Shown piece after piece: positions 38,437 through 51,070 of a stretch of 64,000 bases of DNA (position 1 is its first letter; each line of letters begins with the position of its first letter). Under the pieces are notes generated by a model, which made no database searches, was not told where the DNA came from, and saw nothing but the letters and a program-made list of their open reading frames with translations. Made by a program: the position numbers and the translations under genes. This DNA comes from Diadema antillarum (taxonomy: Eukaryota): positions 434,001-498,000 of the forward strand of contig NW_027270921.1 of assembly GCF_040938485.1 (NCBI RefSeq), read 5' to 3'.

Positions 38437-40502
38437 ATGATGGCATCCCTCGGAATCATCACTGGAATCTTAGTGGCAATTATTGCATGTATCATCATTG
38501 TGTTGGAGCCAGGAAGAGCTAGAAATGCGTTATATGACAATAGTGTCCAAGGCATTGTGTCCAAGATAATCCAATTGTTTATCAAGGAGGATAATTCTAG
38601 TGCAGACCTTGGACAAGAGGAAGAGATGTCCACTGATACTATTACCAGAATCTTCACTGAAAAGGAGCTGGACCGCTACGACGGGAGCAGTGACAGCCCT
38701 GGTCTCTATCTGGCCATTATGGGGAAAGTGTTTGATGTGCAGAAAGGAGCCAGGCACTATGCTCCTGGTGGAAGTTACCACTTCTTTGCAGCCCGAGATG
38801 GCTCAAAGGCATACATCTCTGGGGACTTTACGGAGGAAGGATTAACACCTGATGTCAGTGGACTTTCACCACAGCAAATGGTGGATCTAGAGAACTGGGT
38901 GAAATTCTTTAAAAAGGAGTATAATTATGTGGGTAAGTTATCTTGTATTTCCACCCCAATATTTGTTGATAGTGTGACATACAATTTTTCCCCTGTTTTT
39001 TGTTTTTTTTGTTTTATTATATTATATTTTATTTTGTTTTGTTTTGTTCATTTTGTTTTGTTTTGTTTTGTTTTGTTCTGTTGTGTTTTGATTTGCATTT
39101 AATTAAAACATGGCTTTATCAATAAGTACAATTGTCTTCCCACAGGAAAGCTCAGTGGTCACTTCTATGACAGCCATGGCTACCCAACATCCAGCATGCT
39201 GGAGGCACAGAGGATGATTCAGGAAGGAGAGAGACTCAAGGAAGATGAAGCTGCTTATCAGAGGCGCTTCCCATTCTGCAACTCGGAATGGACCCAGGCG
39301 GCTGGCCTTCGTGTCTGGTGCTCCAAGAAGAGGCAAGTATGGTGCTCAGTTAACGGTTCTCTCTTATGTCTTGATATTTCTTTCCAGATCCTACCTATTA
39401 TTCTGAAAAATGGCAAGGAAGCAATGAAGAGCCAGTTTAGGGCATTGATTAAAATGGTGCAAAGAACCAGTGAGTCCATCATGTATGAGGCTCTGTTGAT
39501 TGAGAATTCTGTAACTCTTCCTGCATTGGTCTGTGCTGGCTAGCGGCTCCTCTTGATAATAGCCTGCTTTGATGTCAAGTGTTTTGACTAATGATTAGAT
39601 ACATCTGTCATGGCTGCCTAAATGTTTTCATAATGATGAAAGGGGCAAATCTTCATTTGTGTTTGCAGTAAGTTGCAAGTTCTTTGGGGTTATCATATTC
39701 AATGTCAAAATTATGGAATTTCTTCAACTTGTTTGGAAAAAATCAAGGAAACTTGTAGGAGCTGATATATATTGTTTTCAATTGTAATTCTCTATTTACT
39801 ACAAAAAATGTATCATTGTACTTTATGCCGATACATATTTTAAGTTTGCCTGTCTAAATATTTCAAGTGTACAATATATCATCAGTTGCCAGTAGTCAGT
39901 CATTCTATGATGTAAGTGAAGTAATCATCATCACTCCTTTTTCAACTTCAGGATTAGCATAGAAGGTTTGATTATATGTGAAAGATTTGCTTTTTTTTCC
40001 CCCTTATACATGTCATTATTTACGTTGGTCAACCTGAAATCTGTAAAGTCATCAAAGACAGGCAACTCCCATTGTAACAAAGTCCTTGGGACTGGCAGTT
40101 TTCTTTCGTTATACTGATTTTTTTTTTTTTTTACAGCCAAGCAATAAAAGTGCATAAATAGACATGTGGATGGTAATTCTGGAACCTGAATTTTTACTTT
40201 GTTGGAGGAAGATTTTTGTTATAACTGTGTTTGTAATAACAGAAGTGCACTGTAGTGATTATAGCTTATAATCAAATTCTTTTGGTTGATGTTAGATATT
40301 TTCTGTATTATTTCTGCCTTCTCTACATTCTTTTAGCGGAGGGATTAGCCGAGAGTGGACTGGTGTGCCTCGCAAGCTCTTCAACCCGGGCACCAACAAA
40401 TGGCGCTGTGCATGCATCGAGGAGGATGAGCTAGACAACCCCCATCTACGCCTCTATGATGACTGTGAACCCATGGCGATATCTTGCAAAGCAGGCCCCT
40501 GA
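38437..40502 (+). CDS. CYB5D2: Neuferricin (cytochrome b5 domain-containing protein 2; MAPR heme/steroid-binding family)
   Basis: Exons 38437-38932, 39146-39332 (GC donor) and 40337-40502 (TGA). Hydrophobic N-terminus. Cyt-b5-like domain: RIFTEKELDRYDG..GLYLAIMGKVFDVQKGARHYAPGGSYHFFAARDGSKAYISGDF. Neuferricin-type C-terminus: [43 protein letters not shown]..RCACI. Confidence 0.95.
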
Positions 40503-41840
40503 TGCAAACTTCTCACAGGCTATACATTGTATGTTTTCCTTCTTCAATAGCCTTTGGATTTAAGGCCTTCACTGCCTTGAATGTAGACTAAGCACGCTTC
40601 TTGTAATACCACATTTGCAACAGTGATTTACAGAGAGATGTCCTCGAAGACCAGTGCCAGATGTGGATCAGGAATAGCGATTAGTCTAGATTCAAGTGCA
40701 CAGGGGGATATCAAATCCCAGAAAACATTGGTTAAAAGCTTCGTCTTTCCAAGTGCAAGTATTCAGGTATAGAGTACTGCAGTGTGACATCATCGCCATG
40801 GAAACTGATTCTAAACAGCCTCAAGTAATCCAAATATCTGTGAACACAATGACTGCTAACGTTTCTCGTACGCGGTTTTAACCCATTGCACAAAGCCTTG
40901 TGTGAGGGTATCTTGTGTGGTGAACCAGCACTAAGCCATAACAATGACTGTGATATCATCACTCAATTTCACCTATAGTTGATTACTTCACTTGCCTAGA
41001 AACAACATTATACATTTGTCAAGTTGTGGAATTTAAAGATGTTGTGTGGAGTAATATATTATAAACTTTGTAGCAGGTAATGTACACCTTCCTTTTACAT
41101 GGTCAGGAATGGGCAGTCAGCTGAAGCCCATTTCACTATAACTGACTGCCAGATGCAATTGCTGTGGGAAAAAAAAAAGTCTGCAAAGGTTACCAGCAAG
41201 TTGAATTCAGGGACTCTGTTTTGTGCCATTGCAATGAAGGTAAGTACAACTCAGAATCAAGCTAGATATTTGTACTGTGCTAGAGGTTTGCTGTAAATAT
41301 GTACAATGTCAGAGCTAAGTATGTTCGGACCTTCACTCTCAGGAGGCTTTGTGTATAATGTTGGATAGAAAGTATGTGTGCAGATGCTAACACCAGAAAA
41401 GAGTGACTGTGACATACAGTGTATCATTTATGCTAAAAGTATTTTGTTTTGGTAGCATTTTGAATGTGTTTGTCTCTCACTTTCTCTATCTCTCTCTCTC
41501 CCACACACACAAACTGTCTTTGCTTTACTTCAGGAATGTACCAAGAAGTGAAGAATATTTGCAATATAATGTCTGTTCAGTTAATCATACATTGTAAGGT
41601 ATTTTTGCAAAAAGAATCTTTGTCTTTGACATCCAAGTCTGTGTTAAAAAGTGATGTTTGCAAAATACTTTACTCCAAAAACCTGCTCATAGGAATATCA
41701 AAGTGCCTTGAGGACTACTGCAAATCACCATGTCTCAGAGTCCCATATATATTTTTTATGCAACTGGCAACGACAAGGTGAGCACTAATGATGGTTTAAT
41801 GTAGATTTCATGCTATCCATATACAGGATGTTTTTTTTTT

Positions 41841-42910
41841 TTTTATACCCCCGCCAAACGAAGTTTGAAGGGGGTATATAGGAATCAGCGGACGGTCGGG
41901 CGGTCGGGCGGTCGGTCCGTTGCAAATCTTGCGTCGCGAACTACTTCCTCAGTTTTCAACCGATTCCCATAAAACTTGGCACAGATGTGTGCCTTGGGTT
42001 GTAGATGTGCAAGACGTATTTTTTGACAGTACCCAAAAGTACGTTGCCATGGTAACGGCATATTATGGGCAAAAATGGGTACAAATCTTGCGTCGCGAAC
42101 TCCTCCCACATTTTTTGATCAATTTTTATGAAATTAGGTACAGATGTTCATCTGAATACGTTAATGTGCAAGACACATATTTCCGCAGTGGCAAAAAGTG
42201 CGTTGCCATGGTAACGGCATGTTATTGGTAAAATATAGGGCAAAATGCTTCATGGCAAAACTGCTTCATCAGTGTTCTTCCAATTCTCATGGAATTCATA
42301 TTGAATGTTTGTCTTAGGATATAAGTCAGCATGACACATTTCTTGACAGTGACAAAAAGATGTTGCCATGGTAACAGCTCACATATTATGAGCCAAAATG
42401 ATGGAAAATTTTGTGTTGCAAACTACTTCCTCAGTTTTTGCCCAATTTCCATGAAACTTGGTACAGATGTGTGCCTTTGGTTGTAAATGTGCAAGACGCA
42501 TTTTTCGACAGTACCCGAAAGTACGTTGCCATGGTAACGGCATATTAATGGCAGAAGATCAAGGAAAGATCTTGCGGATTTAACTACTTCCTCAGTTTTT
42601 TTACCAAAGCTTATGAAATGTGGCACACACCTTGATCTTGGTGGGAAGATGTGGAAGACATATTTTTCGGATGTGTCGGAAGCTGCGTTGCCATGGTAAC
42701 GGCATATAAATGGCAGAAGATCAAGGAAAGATCTTGCAGATTGAACTACTTCCTCTGTATTCGACTGAAGCTCATGAAATGTGGCACACACATTGGTCTT
42801 GGTGGGAATACTGTCTTCAATGCATGTTTTCACCAAGTGCTGTAATTTCCTTGGGTAAGACTGTCGTCACGGGGCGGGGGTATTAATCACCTTCAGTGAT
42901 ATTTCTAGTT
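41841..42910 (+). mobile_element. DINE-1/HINE-like element, family 2, with ~160-bp internal tandem repeats
   Basis: Inserted in a T-run. It has an 11-bp subTIR ATACCCCCGCC/GGCGGGGGTAT, a 5' hairpin, a (GGTCG)n microsatellite and a 3' stem-loop ATCACCTTCAGTGAT followed by TTCTAGTT. GTTGCCATGGTAAC recurs five times. Confidence 0.85.
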
Positions 42911-44756
42911 TAAATCAGTTTTTGACATCAATATACTGATGAATGGTAGTATACCTGAATAACATTTTCGGTGGTAAACTGCAGGACGATTTTCGGAGAA
43001 TTCCACTCACTGCCAGACTTTGCTCATTCAAAATGTGGTCGAAAGGTCGAATTGAAATAATGTTAGATATGATACAATGTTTAAAATGTGCCACTTGTAT
43101 GTTTTCAATTGCAGTCTTTTGGTGATAGCAACGGCAAAAGGAATTTGTTATTCAGATCCACTTAAAAAGAAAAAGACACAGGTCTTTGTTCATTGCCACA
43201 AATTCATTTACTGTAATTAATGAATAGTGAGGCTGTTTAGGAGGGCTTGTGGATAAGGCATTCAGCTGTCTGCAATTTGCATCTTGGAGGAAAGAGTCCT
43301 TTATAGCACAGAATGAGCAGTCACATTGCTCCTTAAAATGTTTTGAGTAAGGTATGTATGGTATGAAGTAATATTAACCACAATTGATTTTTGTACATGG
43401 AGTATTTCTTTGATTATTTTGTTAGTGGAAATGCTTATGTCAGTTTTACAATAAAAAAAATCATTATAGTTTATAGAATTCAGGAACTCATATGTATATG
43501 AACAGTACTAAAGGTATATTTTGCATACAATTCCATAAGTCGTATGTATATGAACAGTACTGAAGTTACTTATGTTTTGCATATGTAGATGGTGCAAGAA
43601 AGAAGACTTGTGCAATAGTCATGTTTTGTAAGCCCTTGGGAATACACTGTATCTAAGTCCTACTTGTCCTGAAATATCCTCTAGTAAAAAGCTGCCCCTT
43701 TGCTGGTATACGGCTGTAGGTATTATGCTGACAAAGGTAAAATGTTGGCAATTTGCTGTTTTAGTAAGGCGGCTAGCTTGCTAACAACCAAAACATTAAC
43801 AAATAATTATTTTGTCATTTGAAATCCAAATACAATTGTACTGCTAATATCTGGTGTAATACAAATTTATTAGTCGTGTATGGTTTCATCGTGGTCACAC
43901 TTAATATGAATCCACATTTGGAACAAGGAGGTTGGTTTTTACATTTTATTCAGTTTGTTTGATGATCTATTCTACTTTTTGGCAATAAGAAGAGATGAAA
44001 CAAAATAGTAAGTGTACAATCTGCATTATACACATCACAGGTACAAAAATTTACATGGCAGTTACGTAATTTTCTAACAATCTTACATGTGAAGATAATC
44101 ATGAAAGTTTTGACAAGGATTACACCAATGAGAACAACCCCTATTTCATGAGAACCAAAAACAAGACAAAGAAAAAAACCCAAACAAAGCAAAACTGTAG
44201 CTTTAAGATTCTATCACTTGAGGTGAATATGTTGGACTGTTGCATTGCGCTTTGACTCATATTCATTACCAAACTGACAGCAAACATTTTCTTATCGACT
44301 GCTCTTGTATCATGGTGATTACAAGACAACTCAAGTACTCAAAAGAAATGTGAAGAAAAGTGCAGGAACATTATTTCACACTGAATGCTGGAACAATTTG
44401 CATCCTGAAATTGAGTACATGCTTTCTGAAAGCTCTTCGATGAAGTAATGAATAAAAGGTATGTTTTAAGACATAGAAAAGGTTGCTACACTGTATGTAA
44501 TGCAGCCCCGGCCTTTATGCTCTACAGGAGCTGTCAAAAATTGTTGAATGAAATATAGCCTCACTAGAAACTTGTGACTTTCTGAGTGTTCTGTCCTGTG
44601 ATTCTTTTCATAAAAAGGGAGGAGGGGTCATGGACCTTACCTTTGTCCCAACCAACCACAAGCACTAGATAACAAGTAACAACTACTGTACTTCACATGT
44701 TTGATGCCCTCTTCATTCAAATGATTTGTTGCCAATAATGCCGTGATAGAGGACTT

Positions 44757-44759
<3 letters not shown>

Positions 44760-44826
<67 letters not shown>
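44760..44826. repeat. (TA)n microsatellite
   Basis: About 33 TA units. Confidence 0.95.
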
Positions 44827-44830
<4 letters not shown>

Positions 44831-45133
44831 CATACAGTCTACAGAAAGCATGGTTCTGAGCTTTACAGACTGCAAGTATATATGACTACTGATGATCTAC
44901 TGGAAGGAAACACTATTTGTAGAAATGCATCAAGTAGAAAATGACATGAAAATGGCTTCTATATACACAAGAGCCTCCAAAATGTAGGAATCTCAGGTAC
45001 AGAAAGTATTTTGAAATAAAAAGTATAAGTACTGTGTATTTCATGACACAAATCTACTATTATCAGCATGCATTCTTTTATATACCTTGATGACTCTTTG
45101 ATGTCAATGTCCATGTTGAGCATAAGGGTGTTC

Positions 45134-45350
45134 NNNNNNNNNNNNNNNNNNNNNNNNNNNNNNNNNNNNNNNNNNNNNNNNNNNNNNNNNNNNNNNNNNN
45201 NNNNNNNNNNNNNNNNNNNNNNNNNNNNNNNNNNNNNNNNNNNNNNNNNNNNNNNNNNNNNNNNNNNNNNNNNNNNNNNNNNNNNNNNNNNNNNNNNNNN
45301 NNNNNNNNNNNNNNNNNNNNNNNNNNNNNNNNNNNNNNNNNNNNNNNNNT
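45134..45350. other. N-run (217 nt; assembly gap or mask)
   Basis: N characters ~65 nt 3' of the CTHRC1-C stop codon. Confidence 0.95.
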
Positions 45351-45414
45351 CAATCATCGTCAGACTGATAATGGTGGTGTACTTTTGGTATGTTTGGTCA
45401 TGTTAATGGATACC

Positions 45415-48050
45415 CTAGCCATATGGTGAGGGTGTGACCTCTTCTATCATAATGTGGCTCGCACTGTTCCAGCCGGTGTAGCAGTCATAGTTTCCATAAC
45501 CACTGCAAGCTCCGACCCAGAACCCCACCTCCACACTGCCAGCACTAATGCCATCACAGTAACCTGTAAGTGTGTGTGAAATAAAGTCAATGTTACATGT
45601 ATATAATTTCGAGGCTGCTTTCCGACATGAGGATATTTTTGATTATTTTTTAAACAAAATTTAAACTTAAAGAATTAGCAATGCACGTGTAGCATAAAAC
45701 TGCATCAGAGAAATAGGTAAAATGTGTCTTGGTATTTATACTGCAGTGTGAAAGTTTTCATTATTCACTTTATTTGTACAATAAAACTTTCCTTTAACTT
45801 ACTTTTCATGAGATCAAAATTCTTCATTTTAATTTATTTGATTTAATGAACTGTATGCCTACACTGTCTTATGACACAGTTTCATTATAGAACTGATCGC
45901 TGAATTTTATGCAAAATTTAACACTAAAAAATAATAATGATAACAATAAGTCGTAAAATATTTCTGTCAATAGTCTGTGGGCTCATACTAACAAAACATG
46001 ATCGGGATCAGAAGAAATGTGCCTACCAGATTCCAGGAAATTTACTTTGCTTATTTGGCTAGTGGCAACTACACTGTAATCAATTATCGATTATTGATAA
46101 TGATGAATCGCCTCATTATAACACTGCAGTGCATTGCCACAAGAACCATTCTAGAGCATACATATTTTCGGGATTATCTTTATCATAGAGAGGTCATTGT
46201 CCGGATATTGGACAAGGGTTGTTGCCCAGGGTAATTTGTCTTATCTATTTACCAAGCAGCACTCGAGGACGCAAGAGGTTGTAGCTGGAATACCCGCCGG
46301 CGTATGTGACAGCTTCAATCCGATTCGGGTTGGAGCATTCCGCGCTGTTGAAAGTGAAGTACCACCGACAGCATGCCGGGTTGTTTGTGGCGACCCGGAG
46401 GTTGCCCGACCAGGCGACATAAAGAGATGTGTCCGAGTGCTCCTTTGTAAAGCTGCATGTCTGTATGGAAATGATTTTGGAGGGTGGGGGTGGGGGGGGG
46501 GGGGGGAGGAAGAGGAGATGACGGTCATGTTCGTTATTCCGACGGTTCGTTATTCTGCAGAACACAAATTCCGTAGACATAGAGGTTTGTTAATCCGAAA
46601 AAAAAGAAGATAAAGACGATGCATACTTTCGAACTTCTGACTTACAAACCTTCTTTCATTTTTGAGATTAACGAACCTTCGGAATAACGGAGCTCATTTC
46701 ATAAATTGTCGGATTAGCGAACCTGGGAAACAATGAACCTATTTCATTTTCGGATTTAGAAGCCTTCAAAATAACGTTCATTTTTGGATTACCGAACCTT
46801 TCCTTGGAACAACGAACCTTATTTCATTTTGGATTAACGAACATTCGGAATGATAAACGGTCTAAATGACTAACTTCATTTCATTTTCGGATTAACAAAC
46901 CTTAGGAATAATGATCCTTGAGAACTGGAACCAAAATGATGACGGTCACTTGGTAAAGGGAAATAGGCATACCCCTTTTCACCTTTTGCACAATCATGAT
47001 GAATGTAAAACGCTCTAAGAAATATATGGATAGGATCATCTGGTGCTTTCAGTGTGATACTGGTCTGTAAGATGCAAAGGACATCGACATCGACATCGAC
47101 ATTCTGGATGTGGTACTCAGGCCTATACTGTACAGGAGCAGATGTCCTGCTGTCCGCCTAGCAACCCAGAAATTTGCACTTCGTTCACCTGACTGTAAGG
47201 TCGTGTCATAACTTGATACATGTTTGCGGTTGTATAGGCTTACTCCTCTTGATAACGCGAAAGAAAACACCCAAAATGCGACCTGCTCGCAATACATGTG
47301 ATTGCACATTACGTTTTACATGATGGAATAAGACATAATTAGCTTTAGAAGCTTTTATAGAACAATGCACCACATCTTTCAAATGAATCGATGGTGACAA
47401 ACTTCGTTATAGGTATAGGTCTCCCATTTCATCAAGTTATAATCAATGTCTCGTTGTAAACGTGGGCCTACTAATAAAGAAGAGACCAGTAAAAAATAGG
47501 GACCGCCGAATTCACTAGGTTAAAAGCGGTACCTCGTTGTAAGCGAGATCGTTACAACGGGGATTTGGCCTATACGGCTGTCATCATGTGTTTGCCTTAA
47601 TTGTCACATGCTTTTAGCAAGTTACTTGTTTCAATATACCTTAACTTGTCCCGAGTCCTGCCCGTCGTTGATGGCCCACCAAGAGCATTGTCTCCAGTTT
47701 GTGGACACCGTACTAGGAGCACCAGGTTCACCTTCGTCCCCTGGTGGCCCCGGCGGGCCAGGGGGCCCTGGGGTTCCAGCAGTACATTCCTGCATGCATG
47801 GCAAAAATGAATCGAGGAAAGGTATTCACTGCCTTTTTCCCCATCGTATACAGTTATAGCACAAAAAGATAGCATTTACAACAAACAAACAAAACCACTG
47901 CGAAACACATGCACGTTATCATAGCAAGCCTATAAATACTACTTTTAGATGCACACATCGACCTGTGTTAACCCGTTTAAATACCCATATACCTCACAAC
48001 TTCCTTTTTGCAATACCCCACGGGGTATATATACAATATACCCCACGGGA

Positions 48051-48097
<47 letters not shown>

Positions 48098-48379
48098 ATA
48101 TACACGCACACACACACATCCTACAGGAACTCGGGTTTTATGTAAACTCGTAGGTAAAGCTATACAGATTCTCTACAAATACTCGATTATGTGACTTATG
48201 TACTGATACAGCTAAAATGAGGATAGAAGTTAGGCCATCACGCGCCGGCTACAATCATCATCATCATCATCAACAACAACAAATACAAGAATTATTGATC
48301 ATGTCATGTTTTGTAAGTGAATGTCAGAGGCATACTCCAAAACTATCCAGATTAGAATCATAAAAAAAGAAACCACACA

Positions 48380-48419
<40 letters not shown>

Positions 48420-49857
48420 AGGGACCCGTTGCATTAAAGTTACTATCATATAAGGTAACTTTGCCACCCAGTGGTAACTTCCATGGAATTCTTGATTTTG
48501 ATTGGCTGTTGAGTATCGTTGCCATGGTAGTTACCATTGGATGGCAAGGTTACCATAATAGTAACTTTTATGCAACGGGCCCCAGATTTTGCGGAAATAG
48601 AAGTTACGAATAAGAGTGCACATTTTTTTAACGGTTTATGACTCGTTCCACGTAAGCCGTTGAGTTTTCATATAACGAGTTGCGCGAGGAAATATTCAGA
48701 GACGTAATGAAAACACTGCCATACTATAGTAGACGCCTTGCAAATTAGATGGCCGATTTTAAGATGTAATGGTGAAAATTACTTGGAAACAAGGAAAGAA
48801 TAAATACCCTGTTTGATTTACTAATATACGTCGTACTATACGTTGATTATCATGAATGAAGTTCATGGTCATCTAGTGCTGATTTCTGAAATTAAGACAT
48901 GGGTGTATATACCCTTGTCTGATGGTATAGGACTGTCCTAATACTTTCTCTGTTGATTATAATATGACTCAATATTTTAAAGTCCTGACTATACTATTTT
49001 TTGTAAGTCAGTGAGATGCGTCAGCTACGATGGGTATATTGCTTGGAATGATAACAGCAATGTCTACAATTTTTATGGTCTTGAAAGGTACGGTATTCTG
49101 TAAAGTATCATCTCACTCAGTTCTGAAGGGGATAATTACGTGATTATAATTCACCTACAAGGCAATGCACTGAAAGTAAACTTGTAAATAAAAAAAAAAA
49201 ACTTCCTATGATTACGATTACTTTTCTTCTCATGAAAGGCCCAATTTAAAATCATAAAACAGTTCTACACTTATGTGAAAACCTTCTGTCATTGGTATAA
49301 CTGCTTTCCTTTCTATCTTCTTGTTTCTCCTGTCGGTTATCCTTGCTCATAATTATTTTTAAGAAAATTCCGTTTCGTATGCCATCTCAGTCGTGTTCTA
49401 TGGATACAATATCTGGTTATGTATAAATACAAAGTGTTTGATCATTGTTCAAATTTAGTGCACCCTATTTCGTAAATGCAGACTGTCAATATATATATAT
49501 ATATTTTTCAAGCGGACAGAAAACATGAATTAGCAATAAATAAACCAAGATATAACTACAACCACAAATTGATTTAAAGTATTCCATCAGGTAATTTATT
49601 CAGGTAAACACTGACCAGAAGAGATACTAGATCTATAGTGTGAAGATGCTTCTTTCCATTACAAAAATTGTATCCAATCATAAGGTAACTCCGTAATTAA
49701 GTTCTTGTTTCTCTAGACAATACAACACATTGTCTGGAATTGCTCTTACCTCAAGAACGACTTCACGGCGATAAGTCTCGGGCTGCTCTCGGCCAGCACA
49801 AATTTGAGCGGTGAGGCAGCAAATAACCAGCAGTATCCGAAGCCATTTTGGATACAT
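45415..49857 (-). CDS. CTHRC1: CTHRC1-like secreted collagen-triple-helix protein, copy C
   Basis: Exons: 49750-49857 (signal peptide MYPKWLRILLVICCLTAQICAG..YRREVVLE), 47640-47789 (ECTAGTPGPPGPPGPPGDEGEPGAP..NWRQCSW), 46253-46460 (CSFTK..GNLRV..CCRWYFTFNSAECSNP..IEA), 45415-45563 (GYCDGISAG.V.VGFWVGAC..TGWNSASHIMIEE, TAG). Phases 0/0/1 are consistent. In-frame upstream ATGs exist, up to 49911. The symbol denotes family membership, not proven orthology. Confidence 0.9.
46520..46925. repeat. Interspersed element with degenerate GGATTAACGAACCTTCGGAATAA repeats
   Basis: The motif recurs many times. The start GTTCGTTATTCCG is the inverse of the internal CGGAATAACGAAC. Confidence 0.65.
48051..48092. 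repeat. (TA)n microsatellite
   Basis: About 20 TA units. Confidence 0.95.
48374..48419. repeat. (CA)n microsatellite
   Basis: CA run directly abutting a MITE. Confidence 0.9.
48422..48582. mobile_element. PIF/Harbinger-like MITE (161 bp), CAG TSD
   Basis: CAG|GGACCCGTTGCATTAAAGTTACTAT ... ATAGTAACTTTTATGCAACGGGCCC|CAG. Confidence 0.8.
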
Positions 49858-50589
49858 TTTCGACTCCCACGTGAATGTATTCATGTTTTCAGACAACTCC
49901 CCGACATGCATTTACAGGATGCTATATTCCCATACAGTAAACGAAACAATCCAAGTTCACCGTGCACTCTTCGCTCCTATTAAGGTGTATATTCCTCGAG
50001 TCTTGAATTTGTGTGACTCCTATGTACGACCGTTGCCGTAATTATCATTAGTGCTCTTCCTATGAACGGGATGAAAACAAAGAAAAATCTTATTCGTGAT
50101 CGTCGGCGCTGTCTCTTCAAGGCAATCGATAATTGACTGCCTTTGTGAGTTGCTCCCGTGTGGAGAAAGAGCCACACCTTTACAATGGCACAAGTATCGA
50201 CTGCAGCTTATATCTACTCGAAAGTGAGGCAAAGCGTTTTCAGCGAACAATCAAAACAACGAGTAGCTATAACATTTTGGCGTAAAACTTCAATTGAGGC
50301 ATATGGGATAGCAGATCTGTATATAAACTGAATACTGGAGACGGGAGATATTGTACCGAGGTCAATGTTCTCCCCCGGTAATGATCTGTTCGTCTGTTAT
50401 GATAGGCAATATTCTTTCACGCCATGTGTCCCCTGATCTCGAGAAAGATTTGAGCCTGTGTGATACCAGACAATGGCGGAGCATGAGCATTTTGTGCGCG
50501 ACCCTCTGGTGGAATATTGTGTAATAAGCCTACATCAACTGAAGAGATCATACCCGAACTAATCTTTCTCACTGTTTATACGATAATCA

Positions 50590-50830
50590 GGTAATAATGT
50601 TGGCCAATCTTATCTCAAAGACTTCATTTCTTTCCGCTCCTCCACTCCAACACGTTCTCTCCGTTCTTCCTCCACTCTGCAATATCAACCCATGGTCCCC
50701 GCACCTGTACCCGTGATGGTGATAGGGCTTTTCTGTCATACGTTTTCTCCATCTCTTTGGAACGAACTCCCTCTTTATAATACATTCGAAATAAGTTTAA
50801 ATCATTGCTTAAAACGTATCTAATTACTCA
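50590..50830 (+). mobile_element. L2/Crack-type LINE 3' remnant
   Basis: Degenerate RSLRSS...GDRAF...LWNELP motif string. Confidence 0.55.
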
Positions 50831-50929
50831 TCTAATTTTGCTGTTATATTATATTTACATAATGCCGTATTTTGATTTAACATTTTCCGCATTAATGCAC
50901 TTAGAAACGTCAGCATTTAGTGTACATAT

Positions 50930-51070
50930 CAGGGGCGGATCCAGGAATTCTGTAAAGGGGGTGGCGCAACTAATATTTCTTGTGTCACTTCCGGGTTTCA
51001 TTTCTTTTTTCCCCTTTTTTTAACCAAAAATTAAATACATAAAGGGGGCGCGACCCCTCTGGATCCGCTG
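50930..51070. mobile_element. Short hAT-like MITE remnant
   Basis: CAGGGGCGGATCCAG ... CTGGATCCGCTG inverted termini. Confidence 0.55.

Noticed and set aside
38933-39102. Hydrophobic Phe/Cys-rich C-terminal tail of the 231-aa ORF
   Set aside because: Read-through into a GTTTT-rich intron after the G|GTAAGT donor.
44959-45406. ORFs spanning the 45.1-kb N-run
   Set aside because: Open only because Ns contain no stop codons.
47640-47789. Fibrillar collagen gene
   Set aside because: There are only 7 triplets, followed by a CTHRC1-type Cys-rich domain rather than a COLFI or NC1 domain.
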